In this document: piece after piece, positions 15,431-25,850 of the stretch
Numbering within the stretch: position 1 is the first letter of the stretch
Layout of the letters: each line of letters starts with the position of its first letter
Notes under the pieces: generated by a model
Told to the model about the DNA's origin: nothing
Seen by the model: only the letters and a program-made list of their open reading frames with translations
Database searches by the model: none
Translations under genes and position numbers: made by a program
From: Escherichia phage ES12
Sequence record: MN508614.1
Length of the DNA stretch: 64,000 nt
Strand: one strand, 5' to 3'

Positions 15431-16111
15431 TTATTTTAATGTTACGAAAGAAGAATTACGTGTTTCACGAATTAGAACTGATCCGTCACGATTAATGTAG
15501 TAAATTAAGCTAAATAAAGTTTGGTGTGCCGACGCATGTTCAAAACTAGTTGGGTGAGATTTCCAATCTGGGGTTTCAGCAATCCATTGATAAATCCACC
15601 AAGGAACAGTGCAGAATCCTGGATTTTTTCCAATCAGCTGAAGATTCGGGCTAAAGTTTTCCGGAAGAGTAAATACAGACGGCTTTTCAGATTCAATAAT
15701 CTTATCTACAGCTTGTTCAAACTTTTCTTCAACAAAAGGAGTGTCTTCAATCAAAACATCAGTATTTTCAGGAATTTTATCCGTTTCTACCACTTCAATT
15801 TTAATATCAGATTTAACTGGAGAATCAATCAGAAGTGCTGCTTCTGGATTAACTTCTTCATCGTCATATTTTAATCCCTCTGCAGCATCAGCAGCATCAA
15901 TTAAGTCTTTAATAGATAACCCATCAGTCTCTGGCATAGGTTCACTAGCGAGCTTCTGGAGGGCTTCTTCAATATCAACAACGATATTATCAAAAGATTT
16001 GTTCTTTTTGACCTTTATACCAAACTGCTCAGCATATTCAGCTAATTTAGCTTTAGCTTCTTTATTATCATCAAGAGCCTTTAACTCTGCAATATAATCT
16101 TTATCTATCAT
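15431..16111 (-). CDS. inh: Inh-like protein (inhibitor of prohead protease), acidic
   Basis: 226 aa acidic ORF immediately upstream of hoc; T4 synteny. Confidence 0.7.
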   Translation of the reverse strand: MIDKDYIAELKALDDNKEAKAKLAEYAEQFGIKVKKNKSFDNIVVDIEEALQKLASEPMPETDGLSIKDLIDAADAAEGLKYDDEEVNPEAALLIDSPVKSDIKIEVVETDKIPENTDVLIEDTPFVEEKFEQAVDKIIESEKPSVFTLPENFSPNLQLIGKNPGFCTVPWWIYQWIAETPDWKSHPTSFEHASAHQTLFSLIYYINRDGSVLIRETRNSSFVTLK

Positions 16112-16124
16112 AATATTTCCTCAG

Positions 16125-16132
16125 TATAAATA
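16125..16132 (+). promoter_or_regulatory. late promoter TATAAATA (segE)
   Basis: Exact TATAAATA 28 nt upstream of the segE ATG. Confidence 0.5.
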
Positions 16133-16160
16133 TAGATATATTTATTACTCGGAAAATAGT

Positions 16161-16778
16161 ATGTACCACTTTGTATATGAAACAACAAATCTAATAAATG
16201 GTAAAAAGTATATAGGAAAACACTCTACTGATGACTTGAATGATGGTTACCTTGGTTCCGGTAAGGCAATTCAGCAGGCTATAAAGAAATATGGTGAAAA
16301 CAATTTCTCTAGAACAATACTAAAAGAGTTTAAAACTTCCGAAGAAGCGTACATGTATGAAGAAGAAATTATAACTCCTGAAATAATAAAAAGCAAAAAT
16401 TATTATAATATGAAACCCGGTGGAATTGGTGGAATTGTTATGACTACAGAGGTTATAGCAAAGATGAAAGAATCTTCCGCTAAGAGATTTGAAAACTCAC
16501 CGGGCACGGTATTAGGTACAACTTGTTACACTAATGGAACTAAAAATATTTTTATTAAACCTGGAGAACTTGTTCCAGAAGGATTTGTAAAAGGGATGGT
16601 TCATCCTAATAGAAAGTCCAGAAAAGGATGTAAAGTCAAACCGACTACCACAGGAACTTTTTGGGTCAATAATGGTGCAATAAATAAATTAATACAGCCA
16701 GACGGTATTATTCCCGACGGATTTATTAAAGGTCGTCTCATGAAAAGAGATTCTAAAGGCAAATTTAGTAAGGCATAA
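16161..16778 (+). mobile_element. segE: freestanding GIY-YIG homing endonuclease (SegE-like)
   Basis: 205 aa; GIY-YIG motifs (GKKYIGKH ... YYNMKPGG); lies between inh and uvsW on the opposite strand, as T4 segE. Confidence 0.85.
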
Positions 16779-16780
16779 TT

Positions 16781-18289
16781 ATGGATATTAAAGTACATTT
16801 TCACGACTTCAGTCATGTACGCATCGATTGTGAAGAGAGCACGTTCCACGAATTAAGAGATTTCTTTTCGTTTGAGGCCGATGGATATAGATTTAACCCT
16901 CGCTTCAGATATGGCAACTGGGATGGACGAATTCGTCTTTTAGATTATAATCGCCTTCTTCCATTCGGTTTAGTCGGGCAAATTAAAAAGTTCTGTGATA
17001 ACTTTGGCTATAAAGCCTGGATTGACCCACAAATTAACGAAAAAGAAGAATTATCAAGAAAAGATTTTGATGAATGGCTTTCTAAATTAGAAATCTATTC
17101 AGGAAATAAAAGAATTGAACCACACTGGTATCAAAAAGATGCAGTGTTCGAAGGATTAGTTAATCGTCGTAGAATTCTTAATCTTCCAACATCCGCTGGT
17201 AAATCTTTAATTCAGGCTCTGCTCGCTCGGTATTATTTGGAAAATTACGAAGGTAAAATTCTTATCATTGTTCCAACAACTGCTCTAACAACTCAGATGG
17301 CTGATGACTTCGTTGACTATCGTTTATTCAGTCATGCAATGATAAAGAAAATTGGTGGCGGAGCATCAAAAGATGATAAATATAAAAATGATGCACCAGT
17401 CGTTGTTGGTACATGGCAAACTGTAGTTAAACAACCAAAAGAATGGTTCTCACAGTTTGGAATGATGATGAATGATGAATGTCATCTTGCTACAGGAAAA
17501 AGTATTTCATCTATCATATCAGGTTTAAATAACTGCATGTTCAAATTTGGTCTATCTGGTTCATTACGTGATGGCAAAGCCAATATCATGCAGTATGTTG
17601 GAATGTTTGGTGAAATATTTAAGCCAGTAACGACTTCTAAGTTAATGGAAGATGGACAAGTAACTGAGCTAAAAATTAATAGTATTTTTCTTCGCTATCC
17701 CGATGAGTTCACTACTAAATTAAAGGGAAAAACTTATCAAGAAGAAATAAAAATTATTACGGGGCTTAGTAAAAGAAATAAATGGATCGCTAAATTAGCT
17801 ATTAAGCTTGCGCAAAAAGATGAAAACGCTTTTGTCATGTTTAAACATGTATCACATGGTAAAGCTATTTTCGATTTAATTAAAAATGAATACGATAAAG
17901 TTTATTACGTATCAGGGGAAGTTGATACCGAAACCCGCAATATAATGAAAACCTTAGCTGAAAATGGTAAAGGAATAATTATAGTAGCTAGTTATGGTGT
18001 ATTTTCTACTGGTATTTCAGTTAAAAATCTGCATCACGTTGTTTTAGCGCACGGTGTTAAATCAAAAATCATTGTATTACAAACAATCGGTCGTGTATTA
18101 CGTAAGCATGGTTCTAAGACAATAGCAACAGTCTGGGACCTCATAGATGATTGTGGTGTTAAGCCAAAATCTGCTAATACGAAAAAGAAATATGTTCATT
18201 TGAACTATCTTTTAAAACACGGCATTGATCGTATTCAGCGCTACGCAGATGAAAAATTTAATTACGTAATGAAAACAGTTAATTTATAA
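16781..18289 (+). CDS. uvsW: UvsW RNA-DNA and DNA-DNA helicase
   Basis: 502 aa; Walker A PTSAGKS and DECH box visible. Confidence 0.95.
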   Translation: MDIKVHFHDFSHVRIDCEESTFHELRDFFSFEADGYRFNPRFRYGNWDGRIRLLDYNRLLPFGLVGQIKKFCDNFGYKAWIDPQINEKEELSRKDFDEWLSKLEIYSGNKRIEPHWYQKDAVFEGLVNRRRILNLPTSAGKSLIQALLARYYLENYEGKILIIVPTTALTTQMADDFVDYRLFSHAMIKKIGGGASKDDKYKNDAPVVVGTWQTVVKQPKEWFSQFGMMMNDECHLATGKSISSIISGLNNCMFKFGLSGSLRDGKANIMQYVGMFGEIFKPVTTSKLMEDGQVTELKINSIFLRYPDEFTTKLKGKTYQEEIKIITGLSKRNKWIAKLAIKLAQKDENAFVMFKHVSHGKAIFDLIKNEYDKVYYVSGEVDTETRNIMKTLAENGKGIIIVASYGVFSTGISVKNLHHVVLAHGVKSKIIVLQTIGRVLRKHGSKTIATVWDLIDDCGVKPKSANTKKKYVHLNYLLKHGIDRIQRYADEKFNYVMKTVNL

Positions 18290-18303
18290 GGGCTTCGGCC
18301 CTT
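18289..18303 (+). terminator. hairpin after uvsW
   Basis: AGGGC-TTCG-GCCCT, weak T tract, immediately before uvsW.1 RBS. Confidence 0.4.
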
Positions 18304-18545
18304 TGGAGAAAAAGATGTTACTAGAATTTAAACAATTTCTTTATGAAGCTTCTATTGATGAATTTATGGGTAAAATTGCCTCTTGTCAAACATTAGAAGG
18401 TTTAGAAGAGCTTGAAGCTTATTATAAGAAAAGAGTTAAAGAAACTGAATTAAAAGATACTGATGACATCTCAGTCAGAGATGCTTTGGCAGGAAAAAGA
18501 GCTGAATTAGAAGATTCAGACGATGAAGTAGAAGAAAGCTTTTAA
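18303..18545 (+). CDS. uvsW.1: UvsW.1 small acidic protein
   Basis: 80 aa ORF with RBS GGAGAAAAAG directly after uvsW. Confidence 0.7.
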   Translation: MEKKMLLEFKQFLYEASIDEFMGKIASCQTLEGLEELEAYYKKRVKETELKDTDDISVRDALAGKRAELEDSDDEVEESF

Positions 18546-18600
18546 ATTAAAAAAGGCCCAACCAAAAAGGAAGGGCCAAAACTATAGACTAAAGGTCACA

Positions 18601-18768
18601 CTATAGCAAAAGTTGCGTTTCATTTAATTGTTCTTCCGAACTTTCTGAAACTGGTAGTTCTTTAATGTAATTATAGCAAGGCCCAGGATGTACAGGACCT
18701 TTGTCTGTTTCAACAACCAATGCAGAATCGATTGGAGTTTTACAGACAACACAAATCTTATCTGACAT
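18601..18768 (-). CDS. small Cys-containing protein (about 55 aa), possible zinc ribbon (T4 uvsY.-2 position)
   Basis: Hand-translated ORF MSDKICVVCKTPIDSALVVETDKGPVHPGPCYNY... with strong RBS GAGGAGACAATC before ATG; below the 60-aa track cutoff. Confidence 0.4.
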   Translation of the reverse strand: MSDKICVVCKTPIDSALVVETDKGPVHPGPCYNYIKELPVSESSEEQLNETQLLL

Positions 18769-18793
18769 GATTGTCTCCTCTGAATTATATATC

Positions 18794-18801
18794 TATTTAT
18801 A
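18794..18801 (-). promoter_or_regulatory. late promoter TATAAATA (small ORF 18601-18768)
   Basis: Minus-strand TATAAATA upstream of RBS GAGGAGACA. Confidence 0.45.
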
Positions 18802-19021
18802 CAACTCTCATATGCATATCAATGCCCATATCTTTAGAATAAAAATATTCATCAAGATATCCGGCAAATTTTCCTTTAATATAAAGAACATCTTCACCGC
18901 ACGGGTGGTCGGCCAGGATACGAATATCCTGACGCTTAAGATTATGCTTTTTCATTAAGAATTGAATTTCCGTTTCAAATTCTTCTTCATAATTAAAAGC
19001 ATCATCAATGTTATATCTCAT
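18797..19021 (-). CDS. hypothetical protein (T4 uvsY.-1 position)
   Basis: 74 aa ORF, start overlaps uvsY stop. Confidence 0.6.
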   Translation of the reverse strand: MRYNIDDAFNYEEEFETEIQFLMKKHNLKRQDIRILADHPCGEDVLYIKGKFAGYLDEYFYSKDMGIDMHMRVV

Positions 19022-19434
19022 TATTTTCCAGCCTCAAATGCCCGCATGTCTTGAATATGCTTAATAGCAAATCCGCGTGATTTGATAGCATCAAGAGCTC
19101 CGCTACAGAAATCTAATAAAATTCCCCAATATTGTAATGAAGTATCAACCTTTAAAACATCCTTATCAGCTGATAGAACTGTTTTCATTTCTGATTTCTC
19201 GTAACGATCCATACTAAATTCATCACCATCTCCTCGTCCCGAGTAGTAGTCTAATTTAGCTTTAAGAGCAACTTTTTTCTGTGCTTCAATTCTAAGCATT
19301 TCCTTTTTAATACTTGAATGCTTATTAAGCCATTTACTATATAACATCACATTATTAGCTGCTTCATACTGTAATTTAGTCGAATCTATAAACACATCTT
19401 TCTTCAATTCTTCTTGAAGATCTTCTAATCTCAT
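19021..19434 (-). CDS. uvsY: UvsY recombination mediator
   Basis: 137 aa, N-terminus MRLEDLQEELKKDVFIDSTKL recognised as T4 UvsY; MotA-type middle promoter upstream. Confidence 0.93.
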   Translation of the reverse strand: MRLEDLQEELKKDVFIDSTKLQYEAANNVMLYSKWLNKHSSIKKEMLRIEAQKKVALKAKLDYYSGRGDGDEFSMDRYEKSEMKTVLSADKDVLKVDTSLQYWGILLDFCSGALDAIKSRGFAIKHIQDMRAFEAGK

Positions 19435-19469
19435 ATTGTTCTCTATTCAATTGTTATTGGATGGACTTA

Positions 19470-19505
19470 GATTCATTATACCACGTTTATACGTGAAGCA
19501 TTATA
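19470..19505 (-). promoter_or_regulatory. MotA-dependent middle promoter (uvsY)
   Basis: Minus-strand MotA box ATAATGCTTCA, 13-nt spacer, then TATAAT. Confidence 0.5.
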
Positions 19506-19899
19506 CTCTATTACTGGAAGCCAGTTGTAGTTTTATCTGCTCAATATCATCAGGGTTATCGATGACTGAAAAGCGTATTTCTACTATCAGAGTATAATCA
19601 TCATAAACTGGTATCACATTAACTGCTAATTTATCAATACGTGGCTCATAGTTTCTTACTGCGCTTTCGATATTGCGCTCAACTGTGTCAGCAGTAAGAG
19701 GAGTCATATTTTCAAAAAGCTGGTCTGATAAATCACATCCAAATTCAGGGTCAAACGGTCTTGAACCTTTTCTTGTTGTAATAATTCCCAAAAGACTGTT
19801 TTTAATTGACCTTAATCCAAGCGATCTGGAAACATCTTTGTTCCAATCCATTTTCATTTCTGGGTCAATGTCAGAATAAAGCTTATTAATATTTGCCAT
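19501..19899 (-). CDS. 25: baseplate wedge protein gp25 (sheath initiator)
   Basis: 132 aa, recognised as T4 gp25. Confidence 0.93.
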   Translation of the reverse strand: MANINKLYSDIDPEMKMDWNKDVSRSLGLRSIKNSLLGIITTRKGSRPFDPEFGCDLSDQLFENMTPLTADTVERNIESAVRNYEPRIDKLAVNVIPVYDDYTLIVEIRFSVIDNPDDIEQIKLQLASSNRV

Positions 19900-20525
19900 T
19901 ATAGTAACTCAAAGAACTCTTTGAGGCCTCTTATTACATGAGCATGGGTTTTTCCACACTCTGGACACTTAATTGGAACAGCCAAATAAACGGTAGGTTT
20001 TAAAAGCATATCTTTTATAGCTACAATATCTGACTCTGTGATGATAGAATATAAATCTTCTAGTTCCTTTTCATTTAAGTCTTCAACTGGAATGCTTTCC
20101 CCGTTAGCATGAATCGTTTCTATGCATGATACTATCATGTGGGCTATATTTTTATCATCAAAAATTTTAGGGTATTGGAATTTAATTTTAATGTCACCCA
20201 GTGTATACCAGAGGTCTTCTGGTGCATCTATTTGTGTATGTAATAGATTTATATGGGTTGGTATTTCAGTTCCACAGGTGCACTTCCAAGAGTTTTCGTG
20301 ATTAACTTCACCAAGAGAATGCGCCCATAAATGAATCAACAATAGTTCTGATTCTTGGCGATTTAAATCTTTTGCATTTGTGCAGTCTTTGATTAGCTTT
20401 TTAACAATTACTTCTACAGAACCATTATTTTTGGCAGTAATAAGTTCTAGATATTCTTTAAGAGTAAATGCGCGACAGTTGATTATTTTAGAACCAACTC
20501 TCACATCAAATTTGTATTCATACAT
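19899..20525 (-). CDS. 26: baseplate hub protein gp26
   Basis: 208 aa; synteny 26-25 divergent from 51. Confidence 0.88.
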   Translation of the reverse strand: MYEYKFDVRVGSKIINCRAFTLKEYLELITAKNNGSVEVIVKKLIKDCTNAKDLNRQESELLLIHLWAHSLGEVNHENSWKCTCGTEIPTHINLLHTQIDAPEDLWYTLGDIKIKFQYPKIFDDKNIAHMIVSCIETIHANGESIPVEDLNEKELEDLYSIITESDIVAIKDMLLKPTVYLAVPIKCPECGKTHAHVIRGLKEFFELL

Positions 20526-20552
20526 ATTTAGCTCCTTTATTTATCATATTTA

Positions 20553-20560
20553 TAAATAGA
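20553..20560 (+). promoter_or_regulatory. late promoter TATAAATA (gene 51)
   Basis: Exact TATAAATA in the 26/51 divergent intergenic region. Confidence 0.7.
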
Positions 20561-20575
20561 ATAAAAGGAGCATCT

Positions 20576-21325
20576 ATGGCAAACATTATTCGTTGTAAAT
20601 TACCAGATGGTGTTCATCGTTTTAAACCATTTACGGTAGAAGATTATCGAGATTTTTTGTTAGTTCGAAACGATATAGAGCATCGGTCACCACAAGAACA
20701 AAAAGAAATAATTACTGATTTAATTGATGATTATTTTGGAGACTATCCGAAGACTTGGCAACCATTTATATTTTTGCAGGTATTTGTAGGGTCAATAGGT
20801 AAAACTAAAGTACCGGTCACATTTGTATGTCCAAAATGTAAAAAAGAAAAGACAGTTCCATTTGAAATATACCAAAAAGAATTAAAGGAACCTGTTTTTG
20901 ATGTAGCTAATGTTAAAATTAAATTAAAGTTTCCTTCTGAGTTTTATGAAAATAAAGCAAAGATGATTACTGAAAATATTCATTCTGTCCAAGTAGATGA
21001 AATATGGTATGATTGGAAGGAAATTAGCGAGTCCAGTCAAATAGAACTTGTTGACGCCATCGAGATAGAAACATTAGAAAAAATTCTCGATGCAATGAAT
21101 CCTATTAATTTAACTCTACATATGTCATGCTGTAATAAGTATGTAAAAAAATACACTGATATAGTAGATGTGTTTAAGCTATTAGTTAATCCAGATGAGA
21201 TATTTACTTTTTATCAAATTAATCACACGCTTGTAAAAAGTAATTATAGCTTAAATTCAATAATGAAAATGATTCCTGCTGAGCGCGGATTCGTATTAAA
21301 ACTGATTGAGAAGGATAAACAATAA
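20576..21325 (+). CDS. 51: baseplate hub assembly protein gp51
   Basis: 249 aa; TATAAATA at 20553-20560. Confidence 0.88.
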   Translation: MANIIRCKLPDGVHRFKPFTVEDYRDFLLVRNDIEHRSPQEQKEIITDLIDDYFGDYPKTWQPFIFLQVFVGSIGKTKVPVTFVCPKCKKEKTVPFEIYQKELKEPVFDVANVKIKLKFPSEFYENKAKMITENIHSVQVDEIWYDWKEISESSQIELVDAIEIETLEKILDAMNPINLTLHMSCCNKYVKKYTDIVDVFKLLVNPDEIFTFYQINHTLVKSNYSLNSIMKMIPAERGFVLKLIEKDKQ

Positions 21326-22497
21326 TGAGTATGTTGCAACGCCCCGGATATCCAAATCTCAGCGTTAAATTATTTGAGAGTTATGACGCTTGGAGTAATA
21401 ATAGATTTGTTGAATTAGCTGCTACTATTACCACATTAACTATGCGGGATTCTCTTTATGGTCGAAATGAAGGAATGCTACAATTTTATGATTCTAAAAA
21501 TATCCATACAAAAATGGATGGAAATGAAATAATTCAGATTTCTGTAGCTAATGCAAACGATATTAATAATGTTAAAACAAGAATTTATGGATGTAAGCAT
21601 TTTTCTGTATCTGTAGATTCAAAAGGTGATAACATCATTGCTATTGAATTGGGAACTATTCATTCTATAGAAAATCTTAAATTTGGTAGACCATTTTTCC
21701 CTGATGCCGGTGAATCTATAAAGGAAATGCTTGGCGTAATTTATCAAGATCGTACATTATTAACTCCAGCGATAAATGCTATTAATGCTTATGTTCCTGA
21801 TATTCCATGGACTAGCACATTTGAAAACTATTTGTCATATGTAAGAGAAGTTGCTCTAGCGGTAGGAAGCGATAAGTTCGTATTTGTATGGCAAGACATC
21901 ATGGGAGTTAACATGATGGACTATGATATGATGATAAATCAAGAACCATATCCAATGATTGTAGGTGAGCCAACTTTAATAGGTCAATTCGTCCAAGAAT
22001 TGAAATATCCATTAGCATATGATTTTGTTTGGTTGACTAAATCAAACCCGCATAAACGTGATCCAATGAAAAATGCTACTATCTATGCTCATTCATTTTT
22101 AGATTCTTCATTACCAATGATTACTACAGGAAAGGGTGAAAACTCTATTGTAGTGTCAAGGTCAGGTGCTTATTCTGAAATGACTTATAGAAATGGATAT
22201 GAAGAAGCTATTCGTCTTCAGACTATGGCGCAATATGACGGCTATGCTAAATGTTCTACTGTCGGTAATTTTAACTTGACTCCTGGCGTTAAAATTATTT
22301 TTAATGATAGTAAAAACCAATTTAAAACAGAATTTTACGTTGATGAAGTTATTCACGAATTATCAAATAATAATTCCGTAACTCATCTATATATGTTCAC
22401 TAATGCAACGAAACTGGAAACAATCGACCCAGTTAAGGTTAAAAATGAATTTAAAACTGATACTACCACTGAAGAAAGTAGTTCTTCCGATAAGTAA
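21325..22497 (+). CDS. 27: baseplate hub protein gp27
   Basis: 390 aa; synteny 51-27-28-29. Confidence 0.9.
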   Translation: MSMLQRPGYPNLSVKLFESYDAWSNNRFVELAATITTLTMRDSLYGRNEGMLQFYDSKNIHTKMDGNEIIQISVANANDINNVKTRIYGCKHFSVSVDSKGDNIIAIELGTIHSIENLKFGRPFFPDAGESIKEMLGVIYQDRTLLTPAINAINAYVPDIPWTSTFENYLSYVREVALAVGSDKFVFVWQDIMGVNMMDYDMMINQEPYPMIVGEPTLIGQFVQELKYPLAYDFVWLTKSNPHKRDPMKNATIYAHSFLDSSLPMITTGKGENSIVVSRSGAYSEMTYRNGYEEAIRLQTMAQYDGYAKCSTVGNFNLTPGVKIIFNDSKNQFKTEFYVDEVIHELSNNNSVTHLYMFTNATKLETIDPVKVKNEFKTDTTTEESSSSDK

Positions 22498-22978
22498 TAA
22501 AGAAGTTTCTATTCCTAAGATGGGTCTTAAACATTATAACATTTTAAAAGATGTTAAAGGTCCTGATGAAAATTTAAAGCTTCTTATTGATTCTATTTGT
22601 CCAAATTTATCACCGGCAGAAGTTGATTTCGTTTCCATTCATTTATTGGAATTTAATGGAAAGATTAAATCTCGTAAAGAAATAGATGGTTATACTTATG
22701 ACATTAATGATGTTTATGTGTGCCAAAGATTAGAATTTCAATACCAAGGAAATACATTTTATTTTAGACCTCCTGGAAAATTTGAACAATTTTTAACGGT
22801 GAGCGATATGTTATCCAAATGCTTGCTTAAGGTCAATGATGAAGTTAAAGAAATTAATTTTCTTGAGATGCCAGCATTCGTTTTAAAATGGGCAAATGAT
22901 ATTTTTACAACTTTAGCAATTCCTGGCCCTAATGGTCCAATAACCGGAATTGGCAATATTATTGGATTATTTGAATGA
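22445..22978 (+). CDS. 28: baseplate hub distal protein gp28
   Basis: Track ORF 22403-22978; start placed at internal Met (MNLKLILPL) to give 177 aa as in T4; alternative start near 22520. Confidence 0.75.
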   Translation: MNLKLILPLKKVVLPISNKEVSIPKMGLKHYNILKDVKGPDENLKLLIDSICPNLSPAEVDFVSIHLLEFNGKIKSRKEIDGYTYDINDVYVCQRLEFQYQGNTFYFRPPGKFEQFLTVSDMLSKCLLKVNDEVKEINFLEMPAFVLKWANDIFTTLAIPGPNGPITGIGNIIGLFE

Positions 22979-24747
22979 AAAAGCCACAAGAAATGCAAAC
23001 GATGCGTAGAAAAGTTATTTCAGATAATAAACCAACACAGGAAGCGGCTAAATCCGCTTCTAACACTTTATCTGGACTTAACGATATATCTACGAAATTG
23101 GATGATGCTCAAGCTGCTTCTGAATTAATTGCTCAAACTGTTGAAGAAAAATCGAATGAAATAATTGGAGCAATTGACAATGTAGAAAGCGCAGTGAGTG
23201 ATACTACTGCTGGTTCTGAGTTAATTGCTGAAACTGTCGAAATTGGCAATAATATTAATAAAGAAATCGGTGAATCGCTCGGAAGTAAATTAGATAAATT
23301 AACGAGTTTACTCGAGCAAAAAATCCAGACAGCCGGAATTCAACAAACAGGAACTAGTTTAGCTACGGTTGAAAGCGCTATTCCTGTTAAAGTTGTTGAG
23401 GACGATACAGCTGAATCCGTGGGTCCTTTATTACCAGCTCCTGAAGCAGTTAATAATGATCCTGATGCTGATTTTTTCCCTACCCCTCAGCCAGTTGAAC
23501 CTAAACAAGAATCGCCAGAAGAAAAACAGAAAAAAGAAGCATTTAACTTAAAATTATCTCAAGCTTTAGATAAATTAACAAAGACTGTTGATTTTGGATT
23601 TAAGAAATCTATTTCAATTAGTGATAAAATATCAAGCATGTTATTTAAGTATACCGTTAGTGCTGCTATTGAAGCTGCTAAAATGACTGCAATGATATTG
23701 GCTGTTGTTGTTGGAATAGATCTGTTGATGGTTCACTTCAAATATTGGTCAGATAAATTTTCGCAGGCATGGGATTTGTTTAGTACAAACTTTACCAAAT
23801 TCTCTAGCGAAACCGGAACGTGGGGTCCTTTATTACAGAGCATCTTTGGTTCTATTGATAAAATTAAGAAGCTGTGGGAAGCTGGAGACTGGGGCGGATT
23901 GACAGTAGCTATTGTCGAAGGACTTGGAAAGGTTCTTTTTAATTTAGGAGAGCTTATTCAACTTGGAATGGCTAAATTATCTGCGGCAATTCTTCGAGTT
24001 ATTCCTGGTATGAAGGATACTGCTGATGAAGTAGAAGGAAGAGCACTAGAAAATTTCCAAAATACTACAAATGCTTCTCTTAGCAAAGAAGACCAAGAAA
24101 AAGTTGCAAATTATCAATATAAAAGAATGAATGACGATCTTGGTCCAATAGCAAAAGGGCTAGACAAAATTGCGAACTGGAAAACTCGTGCATCTAACTG
24201 GATTCGTGGTGTTGATAATAAAGAAGCACTAACGACTGATGAAGAGAGAGCAGAGGAAGAAGAAAAATTAAAGCAACTTTCTCCGGAGGAAGCTAAAATT
24301 GCTTTAATGAAAGCTAATGAAGCTCGTGCTGCTATGAATCGTTTTGATGAATACGCTAATTCAGCTGATATGAGTAAAGACTCAACGGTTAAATCAGTTG
24401 AAGCTGCCTATGAAGACCTTAAAAAACGAATGGATGACCCGGATTTAAATAATTCACCGGCAGTTAAAAAAGAACTTGCTGCTAGATTTTCTAAAATTGA
24501 TGCTACTTATCAAGAGCTCAAGAAAAATCAGCCTAATGCCAAACCTCAAACTTCTGCTAAATCGCCAGAAGCAAAACAAGTCCAGGTAATAGAAAAGAAC
24601 AAAGCACAGCAAGCTCCTATTCAACAAGCATCTCCTTCAATCAATAATACTAATAATGTTATTAAGAAAAATACTGTCGTTCATAATATGACACCCGTAA
24701 CGAGCACGACTGCTCCTGGTGTATTTGATGCGACTGGAGTTAATTAA
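22975..24747 (+). CDS. 29: baseplate hub / tail length determinator gp29
   Basis: 590 aa, same length as T4 gp29. Confidence 0.9.
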   Translation: MKKPQEMQTMRRKVISDNKPTQEAAKSASNTLSGLNDISTKLDDAQAASELIAQTVEEKSNEIIGAIDNVESAVSDTTAGSELIAETVEIGNNINKEIGESLGSKLDKLTSLLEQKIQTAGIQQTGTSLATVESAIPVKVVEDDTAESVGPLLPAPEAVNNDPDADFFPTPQPVEPKQESPEEKQKKEAFNLKLSQALDKLTKTVDFGFKKSISISDKISSMLFKYTVSAAIEAAKMTAMILAVVVGIDLLMVHFKYWSDKFSQAWDLFSTNFTKFSSETGTWGPLLQSIFGSIDKIKKLWEAGDWGGLTVAIVEGLGKVLFNLGELIQLGMAKLSAAILRVIPGMKDTADEVEGRALENFQNTTNASLSKEDQEKVANYQYKRMNDDLGPIAKGLDKIANWKTRASNWIRGVDNKEALTTDEERAEEEEKLKQLSPEEAKIALMKANEARAAMNRFDEYANSADMSKDSTVKSVEAAYEDLKKRMDDPDLNNSPAVKKELAARFSKIDATYQELKKNQPNAKPQTSAKSPEAKQVQVIEKNKAQQAPIQQASPSINNTNNVIKKNTVVHNMTPVTSTTAPGVFDATGVN

Positions 24748-24755
24748 GGAATAAT

Positions 24756-25850
24756 ATGGCAATTGTTAAAGAAATAACTGCTGATTTAATTAAAAAGTCC
24801 GGTGAGAAAATTTCAGCCGGACAGAGTACTAAATCAGAAGTAGCAACTAAAACATACACTGCCCAGTTTCCAACTGGGCGTGCTAGTGGTAATGACACTA
24901 CAGGGGACTTCCAGGTAACAGATCTATATAAGAATGGATTATTATTTACTGCATACAATATGTCATCTAGGGATTCTGGAAGTCTTAGAACGATGAGATC
25001 TAACTACTCTTCTTCATCTTCGAGTATTTTACGTACAGCCAGAAACACTATCAGTAATACAGTATCAAAACTATCAAATGGACTAATATCAGATAATAAT
25101 TCAGGAACAATAAGTAAAGTTCCTGTTGCAAATATTCTTTTACCTAGATCTAAATCTGACGTCGATACGTCATCACATAGATTTAATGATGTTCAAGATA
25201 GTCTTATTACAAAAGGTGGAGGTACTGCTACTGGTGTGCTAAGCAATATGGCTTCAACCGCAGTATTTGGAGCGCTGGAAAGTATAACACAAGGTATAAT
25301 GGCTGATAATAATGAACAGATTTATACGACAGCCAGAAGCATGTACGGCGGTGCTGAAAATAGAACTAAAGTGTTCACTTGGGATTTGACTCCGCGCTCA
25401 ACAGAAGATTTAATGGCTATTATTAATATCTATCAGTATTTTAACTATTTTTCTTACGGTGAAACTGGTAAATCTCAATATGCTGCTGAAATAAAAGGAT
25501 ATTTAGATGAGTGGTACCGTTCTACTTTTATTGAGCCGTTAACTCCAGAAGATGCAGTTAAAAATAAGACGTTATTTGAGAAAATGACATCGAGTTTAAC
25601 TAACGTTCTTGTAGTTTCAAACCCGACAATTTGGATGGTGAAAAACTTTGGTGCAACATCTAAGTTTGATGGAAAAACGGAAATATTCGGTCCATGTCAA
25701 ATCCAGAGTATCAGATTTGACAAAACACCTAATGGTAACTTTAACGGATTAGCTATTGCTCCAAACCTCCCTAGTACATTTACTCTCGAGATTACTATGA
25801 GAGAAATTATCACGTTAAACCGTGCTTCTTTATATGCGGGGACTTTTTAA
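24756..25850 (+). CDS. 48: baseplate tail tube cap gp48
   Basis: 364 aa, same length as T4 gp48. Confidence 0.9.
   Translation: MAIVKEITADLIKKSGEKISAGQSTKSEVATKTYTAQFPTGRASGNDTTGDFQVTDLYKNGLLFTAYNMSSRDSGSLRTMRSNYSSSSSSILRTARNTISNTVSKLSNGLISDNNSGTISKVPVANILLPRSKSDVDTSSHRFNDVQDSLITKGGGTATGVLSNMASTAVFGALESITQGIMADNNEQIYTTARSMYGGAENRTKVFTWDLTPRSTEDLMAIINIYQYFNYFSYGETGKSQYAAEIKGYLDEWYRSTFIEPLTPEDAVKNKTLFEKMTSSLTNVLVVSNPTIWMVKNFGATSKFDGKTEIFGPCQIQSIRFDKTPNGNFNGLAIAPNLPSTFTLEITMREIITLNRASLYAGTF

Noticed and set aside
14685-16097. Plus-strand ORFs antisense to hoc and inh (14685-14903, 15521-15874, 15741-16097)
   Set aside because: Overlap well-supported minus-strand genes; Ser/Phe-rich low-complexity translations
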